From contig NW_013546512.1 of the NCBI RefSeq assembly GCF_000760515.2, forward strand, positions 1 through 44,452: DNA of 44,452 nt, read 5' to 3'. Both the position numbers and the translations under genes were made by a program. Shown piece after piece: positions 20,716 through 32,717 of the stretch (the first letter of the stretch is position 1; every line of letters begins with the position of its first letter). The notes beneath the pieces were generated by a model. It searched no databases, was not told the DNA's origin, and saw only the letters and a program-made list of their open reading frames with translations. Source of the DNA: Mitosporidium daphniae. Its lineage: Eukaryota.

Positions 20716-23063
20716 ATGCGTCGACCATTGACCAGATATATTGCAGCGTTTCTGCTTGTCTACACTTTGGTTGGGGCTTTGTATCTTTTTGGCCTGTTCG
20801 ATTTGAATGTATCCGGACCCTCGGCAGGTGAAAATGGAAATTCGCCTTCCCATCCCATCGGCATCAAGATGAAAAAAGCCACGGCAGATTCATACTCCAA
20901 CAATGGACATGACGACATGGACGATCAATTGATGGTCGAATATGAATTGGAGGACGAGCCCTCGACCCTGGCTTCCACGCACAACTTGGCCCTTGGGGCA
21001 TCGCTGAAATGGAAGAAGACCCTTTTGGAGTGTTCCAGAGCCAAAAAAGACCTTCGAACCGCAAAATCCCAGCTTCTCTCTCAGGATAAAGGTATATCGT
21101 TGGCGTTCATCTCCCCTTCCCAATAGAGTCGGACCGCTTGAGATATTTGCTGAACCTGGCCACACTTAATCCAAGATGCTCTAGCGCAGACATACCGCCG
21201 ATGGAGGAAGATGCTGCACAAAATGCAGCTCCAAAATTTTTGGCCGAAGAATACACAGAAAGGCTGGATCCCTCGTCCATCTACTGCCTTGGGACGGATC
21301 GAGATTCACGGACTTGCCGAGTTAAAAACTTGTACTACAATGTGAAGGAGAAAAGGTTTTTTCTCATCAAAGGGGCGCTTTCCGAATCAGTTGGACTCCC
21401 CAGTGCTACGCAATTGGAGTCTGATGGCGGCATTCTGGTCGACTTGACCTCGCTCCAGAACCACGCCATTTTTTCTTGGAGTCCAGAGCTGGTCGAGGAT
21501 GGCTTTCTAGATAAACCCCAGACAATTCATCGCATATATGACAAGTCTGTGCTTTTCAGCAGATTTGTGCCGGGAAACACGATGCACTCCATCCATGATG
21601 ATCTTATCGGCTATTATTATCTTCTTCGCCGTTGGCTGCCTTCCTTTAAAGACGATTTGGAGGATCCTTTTGACAGAAGCCATCATTTGGTCTTTTTAGA
21701 TGATCACGGTGAAGGCCCCTATTCCCATCTATTCAATCACCTGACCGATTGGCCCATACGCTATAAAGTGAAGGATCTGGACAATGCTACTCCCGAACAC
21801 TCGTTAATCGTCTTTAAGGATGCCATTGTTGGCAACAGCAAGGAGGCTAATTGGTACCAATATGGGTTTTCAGAGCCCCAGGGCCCTATTCCAGGGAAGA
21901 AAGTTTCTGGAGACAAGGTGAGGGTCGTTGCTGCATACTTGCTACGAAAGCTGGGAATTCCACCGTGGAATCTCACGGTCGTTCGGGAATCCATTTCAGA
22001 AGCAACTAGACGGACGCTGTTGGATCAATTCCAAGACATCATTTCGGAACATGCCAAGGAGTATCACGACTCGGAGGGCCCACCGCCCACAACACCGGCA
22101 TTGCAGGAAGTCGCACCTCCCAGCGACGACAAGCTAGATTCGCCTTGCATAGCAATCTTTTCTCGACGAGGGGACCGTCTAATGGTAAATGAGGGGCGAT
22201 TGGCTCTGGCCCTAGATCGGGCGTTTGGGCTGCCAATCTATTTTATACGCAACGAAGATCTTTCGTTTGAAAAGCAAGTTTCCATCTTGAGAAGGTCGAT
22301 CATTGCAATTGGGATGCATGGATCGCTTCTCATCTTGAGTATGTTTCTTCCCCCGAGAGCTCTGCTTATTGAGCTCTATCCCCTGTGGGTCCCCGGAAAT
22401 AATTATACCCCCTATAAGACGCTTGCTGCACTGCCAGGTATCGATTTGTGGTATGGCGCGTGGATGAATAAGCATCCAAAGCTGAACATCCCACATCCAG
22501 AGTATCCCGCCTCTCATGGCGGGCTGCAGGATTTCAGCGAAGAACTACGAAACAGGGTTTTGTCAACAGAGGGCGTGCCCACTCATCTTTGTTGTACAGA
22601 CCCTTTTTGGCTCTTTCGCATTTACCAGGATACATATGCACACATTCCAGAGATTCTGGGTGACTTCATTGCGCCTGGACTGGCTGCCACAAATCGGGAT
22701 CTTCAGCAAGACGCACATAATCTGTTTAAACGCCGCTCAAATAGCTTGAACATCCCACCGGCTCAAATCAACAGCGACATGGTTTCATACCATTGGAGCT
22801 TTGAACCGTTTTCTTTGCATTTGAAATGGGCAAAGCCGTGGAATGTCAATGAGGTCAAAAGATATGGCGTTTGGATTCATCAGATTTACTATGAATACGA
22901 CACGAACCAGGCGATGGTGGACATTGTTGACCTTGATCCTGCGGTGTGTAATAAGGGTGAGGTGCATTTGTGGATCCGATCATACTATGATTCTGGTGAA
23001 GCCGCCGATGCCCACACCCCATGGAGTAAGAAGGTCGTTTGTTTGTGTCCAAAAACGCCGTAA
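20716..23063 (+). CDS. POMGNT2: POMGNT2-like GT61 glycosyltransferase (type II membrane, C-terminal FnIII-like domain), 2 exons
   Basis: N-terminal TM; intron 21092-21126; RTCRVKNLYY, RFVPGNTMHSIHDDL, WYQYGFSEPQGP, GMHG...FLPPRALLIELYP, YTPYKTLAALPGIDL, HLCCTDPFWLFRIYQDT, W.KPWN...Y.VW...W(I)R all match POMGNT2 as recalled. Confidence 0.85.
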
Positions 23064-23228
23064 AGCCACATCCTATTCTTTGTAATTAATCAAATAAATT
23101 GCCGTAACTATTGTCACTTCTTGCATGTCACACTGATGCTTATAGGATGGCATCGGTCACTGGATTTGGGTGAAAAATGAAACTTTATAAAATGACAAAA
23201 TTACGAGGTGATAAAATGGCGTTCAAGT

Positions 23229-25710
23229 CTACGCATTTGCACGGCTACTCGCCACGGCAGCCATGGTCTGGATGGACCTATCAAAGCCAAGCTCATATCT
23301 AAATGGCAAATGGTGCGCAATCGAATTCGAGGTGACGAGCATATGGCAATGGTGCTGTCCCTGGCTTCTCTGCAGAAGCGTGTACTTGAACGCCTTATCT
23401 GGGCATATGCTGGACGCTAGGTGGGTATATTCTTCTCCCGCTGCGGGAGATGAAAACTCTAGCGTTGAGGGGAGCTCATCTACTTTGTATATTTGGTAAT
23501 ATATCCCAGGGGAAAGCAACTTGATATTATTACAGGCATCTGGGAGCAGTTGATTTGAAGATGATGGCGATCGTGATCGTGATCGTGACAAACTATTTCC
23601 TCTTAATAATTTGTCGGTGCTTTGGATATCATTCATTGCCTCCTCAAAGACGGGAGAATCTTCGTTGAGATAATAGAAAAACGAGCGGCTAACATATTTT
23701 GATGCGACCATGATGAGCGTGCAAAAGTCTCGGATCGATCCAAATGAAAGATGCGAAACCAAGTCGTTGCCATAGTTGAAGGTAAAGATGTTCCCATGGC
23801 ACTGCGAGCGCTCGACAAGATGCTCCGAAATAACTGCCGGCGTGCCATAACAATAAAAAGACAAGTCATCTGGGTGCCATTGCGTGGATTTTGAAGACTC
23901 CCAGAGATCATTGAGCAGAAGGCCGAGGATGGCACACACACCGGCCCCCATGGAATGGCCACAGACAACCACTTTTTTGGTGTTGTACACGCCCATGTAT
24001 TTTGGGATGGTGTCCGAAAAGACATTTTCAACCATCCATTGCGCGCATGTGAAAAACCCGCCATGGAGAAGCCCCTCTTTCCACGATATGTAGTCACAGT
24101 TGAAGTCTGTCACGGCGTCAAATAGAGACTAAAAATAGGCAAAACCCCCCTACCATTGAGCCGCGAATGGAGATGATGATCGAGTTTGTCTCTTTGTCGT
24201 AAAAAAGCAAATAGGCCGGCTGATACACCGACATCTGCTCCAGCTCGTTGACAAGCAAGTGAGCAGGGTCGATTTGCAGATACTGCACGATCGCCACCTT
24301 GTTGGAGATAAGCACATCTACATTCTGAATTGGCGATGCTTACCCTTGATGGCTGCGTTTGAGGACTTTTTGATATTTGAATAGGCGATGCCAACGCGTC
24401 CCTACATCCGTTAATTGGGCAATAAAATTACATAGGCAGCACAGGCGTATTTCAAAATCGCCCTTGCAGTTGAGTATACCTTGGGATTTGTCTCTATAAC
24501 ACCACTTGGGATGCTAGCAGGGTGAGATTAAACTACAAGCCAACTACCTTGAATTTCGGGCATAATATTTTGACAGAAGAATGATGGAAAAGGTCACCAA
24601 GGCATGTGAAAGCTCCAGCCCACGTAGAGCTCCCTCTAAATGGTTCTGGATGTCCAAAATTGCCTTGAACGCCTGCTTGTCAAGAAAAGGCGCACAACAA
24701 CCTAAACAAGGATTTGGTTTCATGTATCTTGAGCGCAGATATATCGATTTGGCCTCTAAAAGATACGACAATAAATGCGGCATACCTTCGGCAGTAAGAG
24801 GCTTGTTGGAAAAAGACTGCGTTTTGAACATATCTTGCCTTACAGCCGAAATGGGATACGTAGTTGTATCGTAACTGATTTTGCAGCTGTCCCTTAAGCC
24901 ATTTGCGTTCAAAAACTGCGAAATCCCATGCGACACAAACTCGACCGAAATGCCAACCAGACCCTAGAATATAAAGATGCCTTTACCCGTGTCGATGAGC
25001 TGTCTAGTGGCTCTTGACTCGGCATAAAGTATAAAGACTCGGTGTGCCTGGCGCCCAACAGCTCCAAATACATGGTAAAATTATCTCCGTGGCTGTGAAA
25101 CCTGGATATCTTAATTGCAGCCTTTCCAATTAACTTGCTTCCAAACGGGAACGGACATCCTCTCTTTGCAAACAAATCGATCTAAAGCTTAAACTGATCT
25201 TGATCGTACATGCACATAATCAAACAGCTCGGCATGCAACGAAACCCAAAAGATAAACTTTTGACAGAGTTCAATATTGGCGTTCGACTGTACCGGCTTT
25301 TCGCGGGATCCAACAGAAACCAGCACCATATCACCATTTCTAGATATGGGCGAGGAGATCAAAGAAGACGAAATAACGGTGTTTTGTGGATACCATTTCG
25401 GCTTTTTATTTACACCAAGCTGAAACGGTTCACCTTTATAGTAATGCGACCCCACTTTAAGCATGAGGTAAAAGTCATTCAAAAGATGCTCGGCCGATAT
25501 AACTTGAAGGACTGTGATGATAAGTGCATGTTTTTCTCCCCTCAAAAGCGGATTTTTCTCTTCAACGTAATAAGGAAACGATGTCGAAAAAATCGATTGC
25601 GATTGGTCTGGAGTTATCAATGAACCGGTTTGCGCCTCGATATCGATTATTTTAGAAGAAAAGCGCTCTTTCATCGGCTGGAAATGGCTCGGTGTAATTA
25701 TTTCTATCAT
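23229..25710 (-). CDS. Class-3 lipase (DAG-lipase-like) with N-terminal C2-like region, multi-exon
   Basis: IIISIRGSM|SLFDAVTD, LHGGF, VCGHSMGAGV (GxSxG), YGTPA, YGNDLVSHLS, HHLPFRY; six short GT-AG introns join the frames; start codon uncertain. Confidence 0.85.
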
Positions 25711-25816
25711 CCAAGAATAGCAGGAAGGTTGATTCGATATCAAGAAATCCAATCATTTCTTGCCCGGCTGTCATTTTACAAATGACTTGCGGTGCAAATT
25801 TTACTGTGTCAATTTA

Positions 25817-25838
25817 TTAGGGTTAGGGTTAGGATTGG
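25817..25838 (-). promoter_or_regulatory. CCAAT box abutting about 3 CCCTAA units, upstream of the lipase
   Basis: Minus strand reads ccaatcctaaccctaaccctaa. Confidence 0.5.
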
Positions 25839-25942
25839 CTGAGAAAGATGGCTACAAAACTGCTACTTGATGACGGGTCAATGGGTGGTCGGTGGGTTAG
25901 ATAGACCAAACAACACTGCTTGCATTTGAACGGAATTTGATG

Positions 25943-26807
25943 TCAATTTTCGCATGATAATGCAGCATCTTCTTTAGCCATTTTGTACGGGGATTTTCTG
26001 CGTGGCGAAAGGAAATGGGAATCCCATTGCGCCTTGTACTTTCGATAAATCAACATCGCTGCGCGGGCATCCTCGACCGAATTATGTGTTGACGTTTGGA
26101 TTTCAACATTCAACAGGGCAAGGGTCAGTTTTTTTAAGCTTGGCGTTGCGTGACAGTTTATAAGCTTTCTTAGCGGCTTCCAAGTGGATGTGTCTCTGAT
26201 CCTCTTTCTGGATATACTGATCATTAGAACCTAGTCGAAGTTAGGCCTACATAGCCTCTCTTACTTTAAAGTCGTTTGAAAGCCCATGCCCAACGACAAT
26301 CCGGTTCTCTAGTATCGAATTTACTTGATTGATGACGTTGGTGAGCGTTTCGCCCTTCGTCAGATGCCAGGGTTTGATCCCGGTGATTTTTTCGCGGTAA
26401 TCTGTGACGCGTTCCAGCGGCTTCACATAGGCATCCAAAAGCACATGACCATGATAATTGACAATGGAAACTCGTGCAAGTATCGACCGAATGCCATGTG
26501 GTCCGACACCCACCATTTCGCAATCGATAGCAACATACTTGCCAGGATCCCTAGTTGTAAATACAATGTGCACGCGAAACTTTGAATCCGAGCCATAGTG
26601 TGGGAAAAGTTGCAAGAGCGACTCTGAGGACGGTTGGTCAATGGCTTTCTGCGAAAGCCCAGTGGACGAATATCCAGCTGCAGACTCCGCAGGTACCAAT
26701 GCAGGGGTATGCAGATGCTCACTGGAGGTGGGTTTTTCGGCCCCTCGGGGCTTGGTTGAAACCCTCTTCATTGAGCGACGTAACGCTTTCCAATTAGCAT
26801 CTGGCAT
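25943..26807 (-). CDS. REX4: RNA exonuclease 4 (DEDDh)
   Basis: N-terminal ANWKAL, KYVAIDCEMVGVG, LARVSIVNYHG, VVGHGLSNDFK, RDTS, PSLKKL, HNSVEDARAAMLIY. Confidence 0.93.
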
Positions 26808-26866
26808 AAATTTTAAAAAATTTCGCTAATGTTTTATTAATTAATGACCGGATTGGGATCAATGAA

Positions 26867-28609
26867 TCAACGGGCTTGGACCTAATGGGGTCAGTATAGT
26901 TTACATGGTTACAATATCGTCGATCTTCATTATCATGGCAATGGTTTCACTAGCAAGCTCAATTGCAGACGTAGTCACCAACAGCGGCTGAACGACATGT
27001 TCGGCAAGCATGTCGGAAATGCACCCCTAAAGTTTAGAAATACAACGTGCAACCACCTTTCGAATGTTAATTCCACAGTTGGACTCGCCCTGGGCATGTC
27101 TACTACGAAGCTCGGTGACCATGGTCAATGGATCAAGACCGGCGTTTTCGGAAAGAGTTATGGGAACCACATCAAGGGCCCGAGCATAAGCGTCCACACA
27201 TATTGAGGCTTTTCCGGAAAGCGAATGGGAGGCCCATTGGCCCAGAAAAGAGGAGAGGTAGGATTCCGGGAAACCGCCACCTGCAATGAGCTGCTTTTTT
27301 CTGACAAGACAACGAAGGACACACAAAGCATCGTGAAGAGATCTTTCAGCCTCGTCAAGGACAACTTGGGAAGCACCGCGTACCAAAACGGAGGCAGTCT
27401 TGCCGCCGTTTTTGATTCCGCTGACACGGACATATTTGGAGCAAGCGCCCTCCATTGAGATTTCCTCGACCAAATCTGCAGATCCCAGCTTGTCTTCGGA
27501 AAACGAAGAGATATCTGCAATTGGCTTGCACCCGAGCGTCTTTGCAATAAAATCGATCTCATCCCTTTCGATGTCCGAAATTACCATGACCTTCAACTTG
27601 GAAAGAAAATTCAGGGCCATCTCTGAAAGAGCGTCTCGAAGAATGGATTTCTGTACCAGTAAGACGTTGCAGTTGGCTTTTTTGATCTTTTTGCAAATGT
27701 TCAGCAAGTATTCGCGCTCTTCTTTCAGGATTTTGTCAATTTGGCGATAATCGGTGACGACAACTTGACTTTCCATGTCCGTTTTTGGAGGGGACAGTTG
27801 GAATTGAATGAGGCCAATTTTGGCCTTCTCCATCTTCAAAGGGCCGCTGGCAGATGAAACTGCAGGCTGCCTCAAAAGAAGGCCACCTGCGTCCATCAGC
27901 TCGAGATCTTCCAGGGTGCATCCAAGCTTTTGGATGACCCGAATATCGTTCAAGTCTACCGAGCACTCGGAAAGGTCTGCAACGCGCAAGATCGAATCCA
28001 CCGCAACTGCGGACATCATCGGGGCCAGTTGCGAGACGATTTTTGAATTCAAAGAGGTGGAGGCGCTCCAAATCAAAGAGGCACGGTCAGAAAGATCGAC
28101 CGTGATGGAAACGGACTCCAAAGCCTCAACGGCCTTGCGGGAGGCAAGTAGAAACGACTCTGCAATGACCGTTGGATGGATTCCCTTTTCAAGCAGGCCC
28201 TCTGCGGCATTAAGCAAAGCTCCAGCAATCACAACCACGGAGGTTGTCCCGTCGCCGGTCTCTGCATCCTGAGCCTCTGAAAGCTCAACAAGCATTTTAG
28301 CGCAAGGGTGCAAAACGGACATGTTTTTTAAAATGGTGGCGCCATCATTTGAAACCAGAACTGACGTTGGACTTGTGACAATCTACAAGGTTAGCCATAT
28401 GCGATCCAACCATCTTATCCATGCCCTTTGGCCCGAGAGACGATCGGATTGCATCGGCAACCGCTATGCGTAAGCGGAATTGCAAGGATACCTTTGGCTG
28501 CCGTGATGTTACTGAGACGAACCTCATAAGGCTTGTCCTTGTCCTTAAATGCCATCGTTTTTGGACCGCCCGATGCACCAGCACCAGCACCAACAGCAAT
28601 TGTTGCCAT
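26867..28609 (-). CDS. CCT4: Chaperonin CCT/TRiC subunit delta, 5 exons
   Basis: [70 protein letters not shown]. Confidence 0.97.
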
Positions 28610-28749
28610 ACTGGAAAATATAAAATCCGTACAATTTAATTAATTTGTAAGTTGTGATCCCAACCCTAGGGGTGGGCAAATCTCGAATCGATCAATACAT
28701 CCAATCCGAAAATGTAATAAATTGCATCAAATGTCATTTTTCCACTTTG

Positions 28750-29610
28750 ATGTCTGCCGAGACGCAAGCATTTTCTTCCCACGACCTTCAAGGCTCTTCG
28801 CCGTCGCCATCAAACCTGGCTCCACATTTCATTAACGGGTTTTCTGACAAAACAGGAGCCTCTCAAACAGGCCCCACCACCATTATGAATGGAATTAACC
28901 AATTGAAGAAGCAAGGCGAGAAAATGCTCGCCGACCACGTGCCCACAACAGAGGCTCTGGGAAAATATATCAAGTCCATCCACGATTCCATCAACACACC
29001 CTTGGTTCCGTCCACGAACTACTGGCTCATAGGCTACAAGGCCCTTGAGAAGCTTGGGTCGCCCCTATTTGCTGCTTGGGGGAATTGCACCACACCTACG
29101 GCAAAGGTGCTTATGCTCCTCCTTGTTGGCATGATGTTTTGGATGCCCCTTCTTTTGTTCTTTTGGTTGGTTCTTCTTCCAAGCGTTTCGTTCCTAACGC
29201 TTGCGTATATCCTTCTTTTTGGAAAGCGAAACCTTCAATTGCATTTAGAAGAAACATTTACCTATGCCACCGGTCTGACCGTCAAGGTGCTTTTTACTTG
29301 CATTTACCATTTTAGGAGGGCATCACTGTGGTTGAGGATGCCACCCGGGCCACCCTTGTATTGATGTCCCATGTCGTGGACCAGGTAGCCGTTTTCGTGC
29401 TCTGATCAAATAGATGCCATTTATTAAACCAGATGCAATTAAAGCACAGCTTTACGATCTCTCCGTCGCTACCATTGCGGTGCTGTTATCTGCCTTGGGC
29501 TCCTTGGAAAAGGTGCCGTTTGGGCGTTTTTACTTGTGTAGTTTCTTCATTATTTAGATGCCGGCCTACACACCAACTGCAAGCCCAAAGGTTGCAAAAA
29601 AGCAAAATAG
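28750..29610 (+). CDS. Membrane protein with long hydrophobic hairpin (possibly promethin/LDAF1-like), about 4 exons
   Basis: 38-residue uncharged stretch VLMLLLVGMMFWMPLLLFFWLVLLPSVSFLTLAYILLF; introns at 29287, 29385 and 29513 keep frame; family assignment weak. Confidence 0.55.
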
Positions 29611-29691
29611 ATTCCATTACAATACAATACGATGAATACATTATTTTAATGCACTACTTTTCGCGTTTGGTTTATTTGACAAGTTTGGATA

Positions 29692-30957
29692 TCATTCTCC
29701 TCTAGTGGACCAAATCCCAAATCGGGCCTTTAGTAGCTGCGTTGCAGCGTCGCCGGTGTCGGCAAGCTCGTTTTTGGAGATGAAAATCCTTGAGCCCTCG
29801 TTAATGTTAAGCTATCCATATAATTTCACCCCGCATACCTTGGAGTAGATCAGGCCGCCGAGCCACGGGAGCAATTCTTGCCGGCCCCGAAAGTCTGGAA
29901 AGTAATCGGGAATCTTTGCAAGGCAAAACGTGGTCATCTGAGTGGCGCTTTGATATTCAGAGCCGTTCTCCAGATGGCGCACACTGCCCATGATTGCATT
30001 CTGAAACGAAAATGGCTGGCCTTTTGGCTGCATCGAAGGTCCTCCCACAATGACAACCGACTCGGCCACAATGGGGCGGCGTAAGGGATCCACGTATCGC
30101 AGCACAAATGAAATCCCATATTCAACGACCGCAGAAAGGTCGCTAGCCAACGCATTATGTAAAAGCGAAACAAGCTTATTGGAAAACACCGCCTTGTGTC
30201 CGTCCAGAACAAAGGAGAGGGACCCACATAGGAACCTTCGAATCGCTTCTTCAAGTTCGCTCGCCGCGACACAGCTAAAGGAATGAGCAGCATCGCTCTT
30301 GTCCTCACATGAGGCGTCCAAAATTTCAGCCACATTTTCAGAAACAATTTGCAAAAGTTTGCATATCGAATGGCTGGTCCCTTTCGGGTGGCAGTAGCTC
30401 GCATAAGGAATTACAATCCCATCGATCAAGGGAACAAAATCTATGCTCAGCAAACGAACATACCAATTGACGAGGCCTCAAAATCCACCACAATGCCAGA
30501 CATGTTCCCAACCCCACAGATCGTGGCAATCGGAATCGGAGCCGCATGAACAACATTAAAGAGCTGGAGAACAACATTCGTGATCAAAGAAAGCCTTTCA
30601 AGCGACGAAAATATGAAATAAGGCAAAAGCACAATTGCGGCCGTTTCGCAAAATGGCCTGCATGAGGAAAGCTCCTGCTCTGCGCCTTTGAGATACTTCA
30701 GCCTAATGGTTCTCATAAAAAATCAATGCAAATACCATGTCTGTTTAATGGTTTCATTGTCTTCGTCGTGGAATGCAAACAAGCCCTCCTCGACGAAAAT
30801 GTGATGATTCGGGGTACAATATGGCGTATCAGATGCAATAAAATCAAAAACAAGCAAGTGTTCATGGCAAACAAGCAACATGTTGAACGCGCTCGAAGTG
30901 GACGACGAAAGAGAAGACTAGGTAAAGCTCTCATTAACTTACCAATGATTGCTCCAT
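29692..30957 (-). CDS. Highly divergent actin-related protein, 5 exons
   Basis: SGIVVDFEASSIDFVPLIDGIVIPYA (cf. actin [26 protein letters not shown]), RRPIVAESVVIVGGPSM, PWLGGLIYSKL, FISKNE. Confidence 0.75.
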
Positions 30958-31028
30958 AGCTCCAATTGTGCCGAAATACTTTTATGTAGTTTTGAATTTC
31001 ATATAACTTTTTGCAATTTAAGCACATA

Positions 31029-31100
31029 TCTTCCTTAGTATAGTGGTTAGTATATCCGCCTGTCACGCGGGTGACCGGGGTTCGATTCCCCGAGGGAGAG
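31029..31100 (+). tRNA. tRNA-Asp (GTC)
   Basis: Acceptor TCTTCCT/AGGGAGA, D-arm TAGTATAGTGGTTAGTAT, anticodon loop CTGTCAC, T-loop GGTTCGATTCC, followed by T5 Pol III terminator. Confidence 0.97.
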
Positions 31101-31123
31101 TTTTTATTCCATAAACATTCATT

Positions 31124-32476
31124 TTAATATCTGTAGCTCTCCGTTTTAAAGGGGCCACAGCTGTCGACATCAATGTATTTCGCCTGCTTTTCAGTCAATT
31201 TTGTAAGCTTAGCACCAAGCCTGGACAAATGGGCACATGCAACCTGTTCATCGAGCTTTCTAGGCAGCATGTGTACTCCAATCGGGAATTTATCTTTGTC
31301 GGCCGTCCACAATGCAATTTGGGCCATCACCTGATTGGTAAAGGACAGGCTCATCACAAAAGACGGATGCCCAGCTGCACATCCCAAATTTACCAAGCGA
31401 CCAGAAGCCAGCAAAATCACATGTCGATCATTTGAAAGCAAAAGGCGCTCAACATGAGGCTTGACTTCAGTGGTGGAGACCGCATTTTCTCTGAGCCAAG
31501 CAACATCAATTTCATTGTCAAAGTGGCCAATGTTGCAAATGATGGCGTCATCCTGCATCTTTAAAATGACTTCTGCAGTGATGATGTCGCAGCATCCGGT
31601 GGCTGTAATGAAAATGTGGGCCTTTTCGGCAACTTCCTCAATGGGACGCACCTCAAATCCCTCCATGGAAGCCTGTAGAGCCGTGATGGGGTCAATTTCG
31701 CTAATGATGACCCTCGCACCAAGACTGGATAAGGCGGCAGCACAGCCTTTGCCGACATCCCCGTATCCGGCCAAGGACACTGTCTTTCCAGCGATCATCG
31801 ACCCTGTTGCGCGTTTGATTCCGTCGACAAGAGATTCTCTGCACCCGTAAAGATTATCAAATTTAGATTTTGTGACCGAATCGTTGACACTGATAGCGGG
31901 AATGCCAAGCGATCCTTCATTAAAAAGACGGAAAAGCATTTTGACGCCTGTCGTTGTCTCCTCCGAGACGCCCTTAATTTGAGGCAGAAGATGTGGATGT
32001 TTGGTGTGAACGATTTTGGTCAGATCGCCCCCATCGTCAAGCAGAAGATTTGGGCTTTGTTGATTTGGGATTTCTGAAAAGGCATACAGCGATTTCTCAA
32101 TGCACCACAAATACTCTTCCTCTGTTTCGCCCTTCCAAGCGAATATGGGGATTCCGATGGACGCAACGGCAGCGGCAGCATGGTCTTGAGTGGAAAATAT
32201 GTTGCAAGAGGACCAAGTCACTTGGGCACCAAGCTCCAACAACGTCTCTATTAGCACTGCTGTCTGAATGGTCATATGCAAGCACCCAGTGATCCGAGCG
32301 CCATTTAACGGCTTCTTTGGCCCATAAAGCTGGCGTAGCTCCATCAAGCCGGGCATTTCAATTCTGGCCATTTCGATTTCCTTTTTGCCCAACTCAGCTA
32401 AGCCTATGTCCGCTACGAGTAAAGATGGCTAAAAGATGCAAGTACCGATTCGATAGTTCGTTCCTACTGATGCCAT
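31124..32476 (-). CDS. SAH1: S-adenosyl-L-homocysteine hydrolase, 2 exons
   Basis: [93 protein letters not shown]. Confidence 0.98.
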
Positions 32477-32717
32477 TTGTGAAAGGCTCGACAAGAAGCA
32501 CCATTTTTAATCAATTTGAAAAGGCTTTGGTTGTGCCGTTTGATTTACGCGGTGAAACAAACCTAACTCAATTCTCCGAATTGCAAATACCAATGGCAGT
32601 GCAGGAAACATTCTGCACAGCTGCAGCACAACACGCCCCCCCCCATTAGCATTTAAAAGTAAGCTAGTTTTTAATGCCAAAATATGGTTCCTGGCAGATT
32701 GCACATGATGGGCTGGT

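Noticed and set aside
30713..31066. 117-aa minus ORF
   Set aside because: Overlaps tRNA-Asp and is the wrong frame of the Arp exons.
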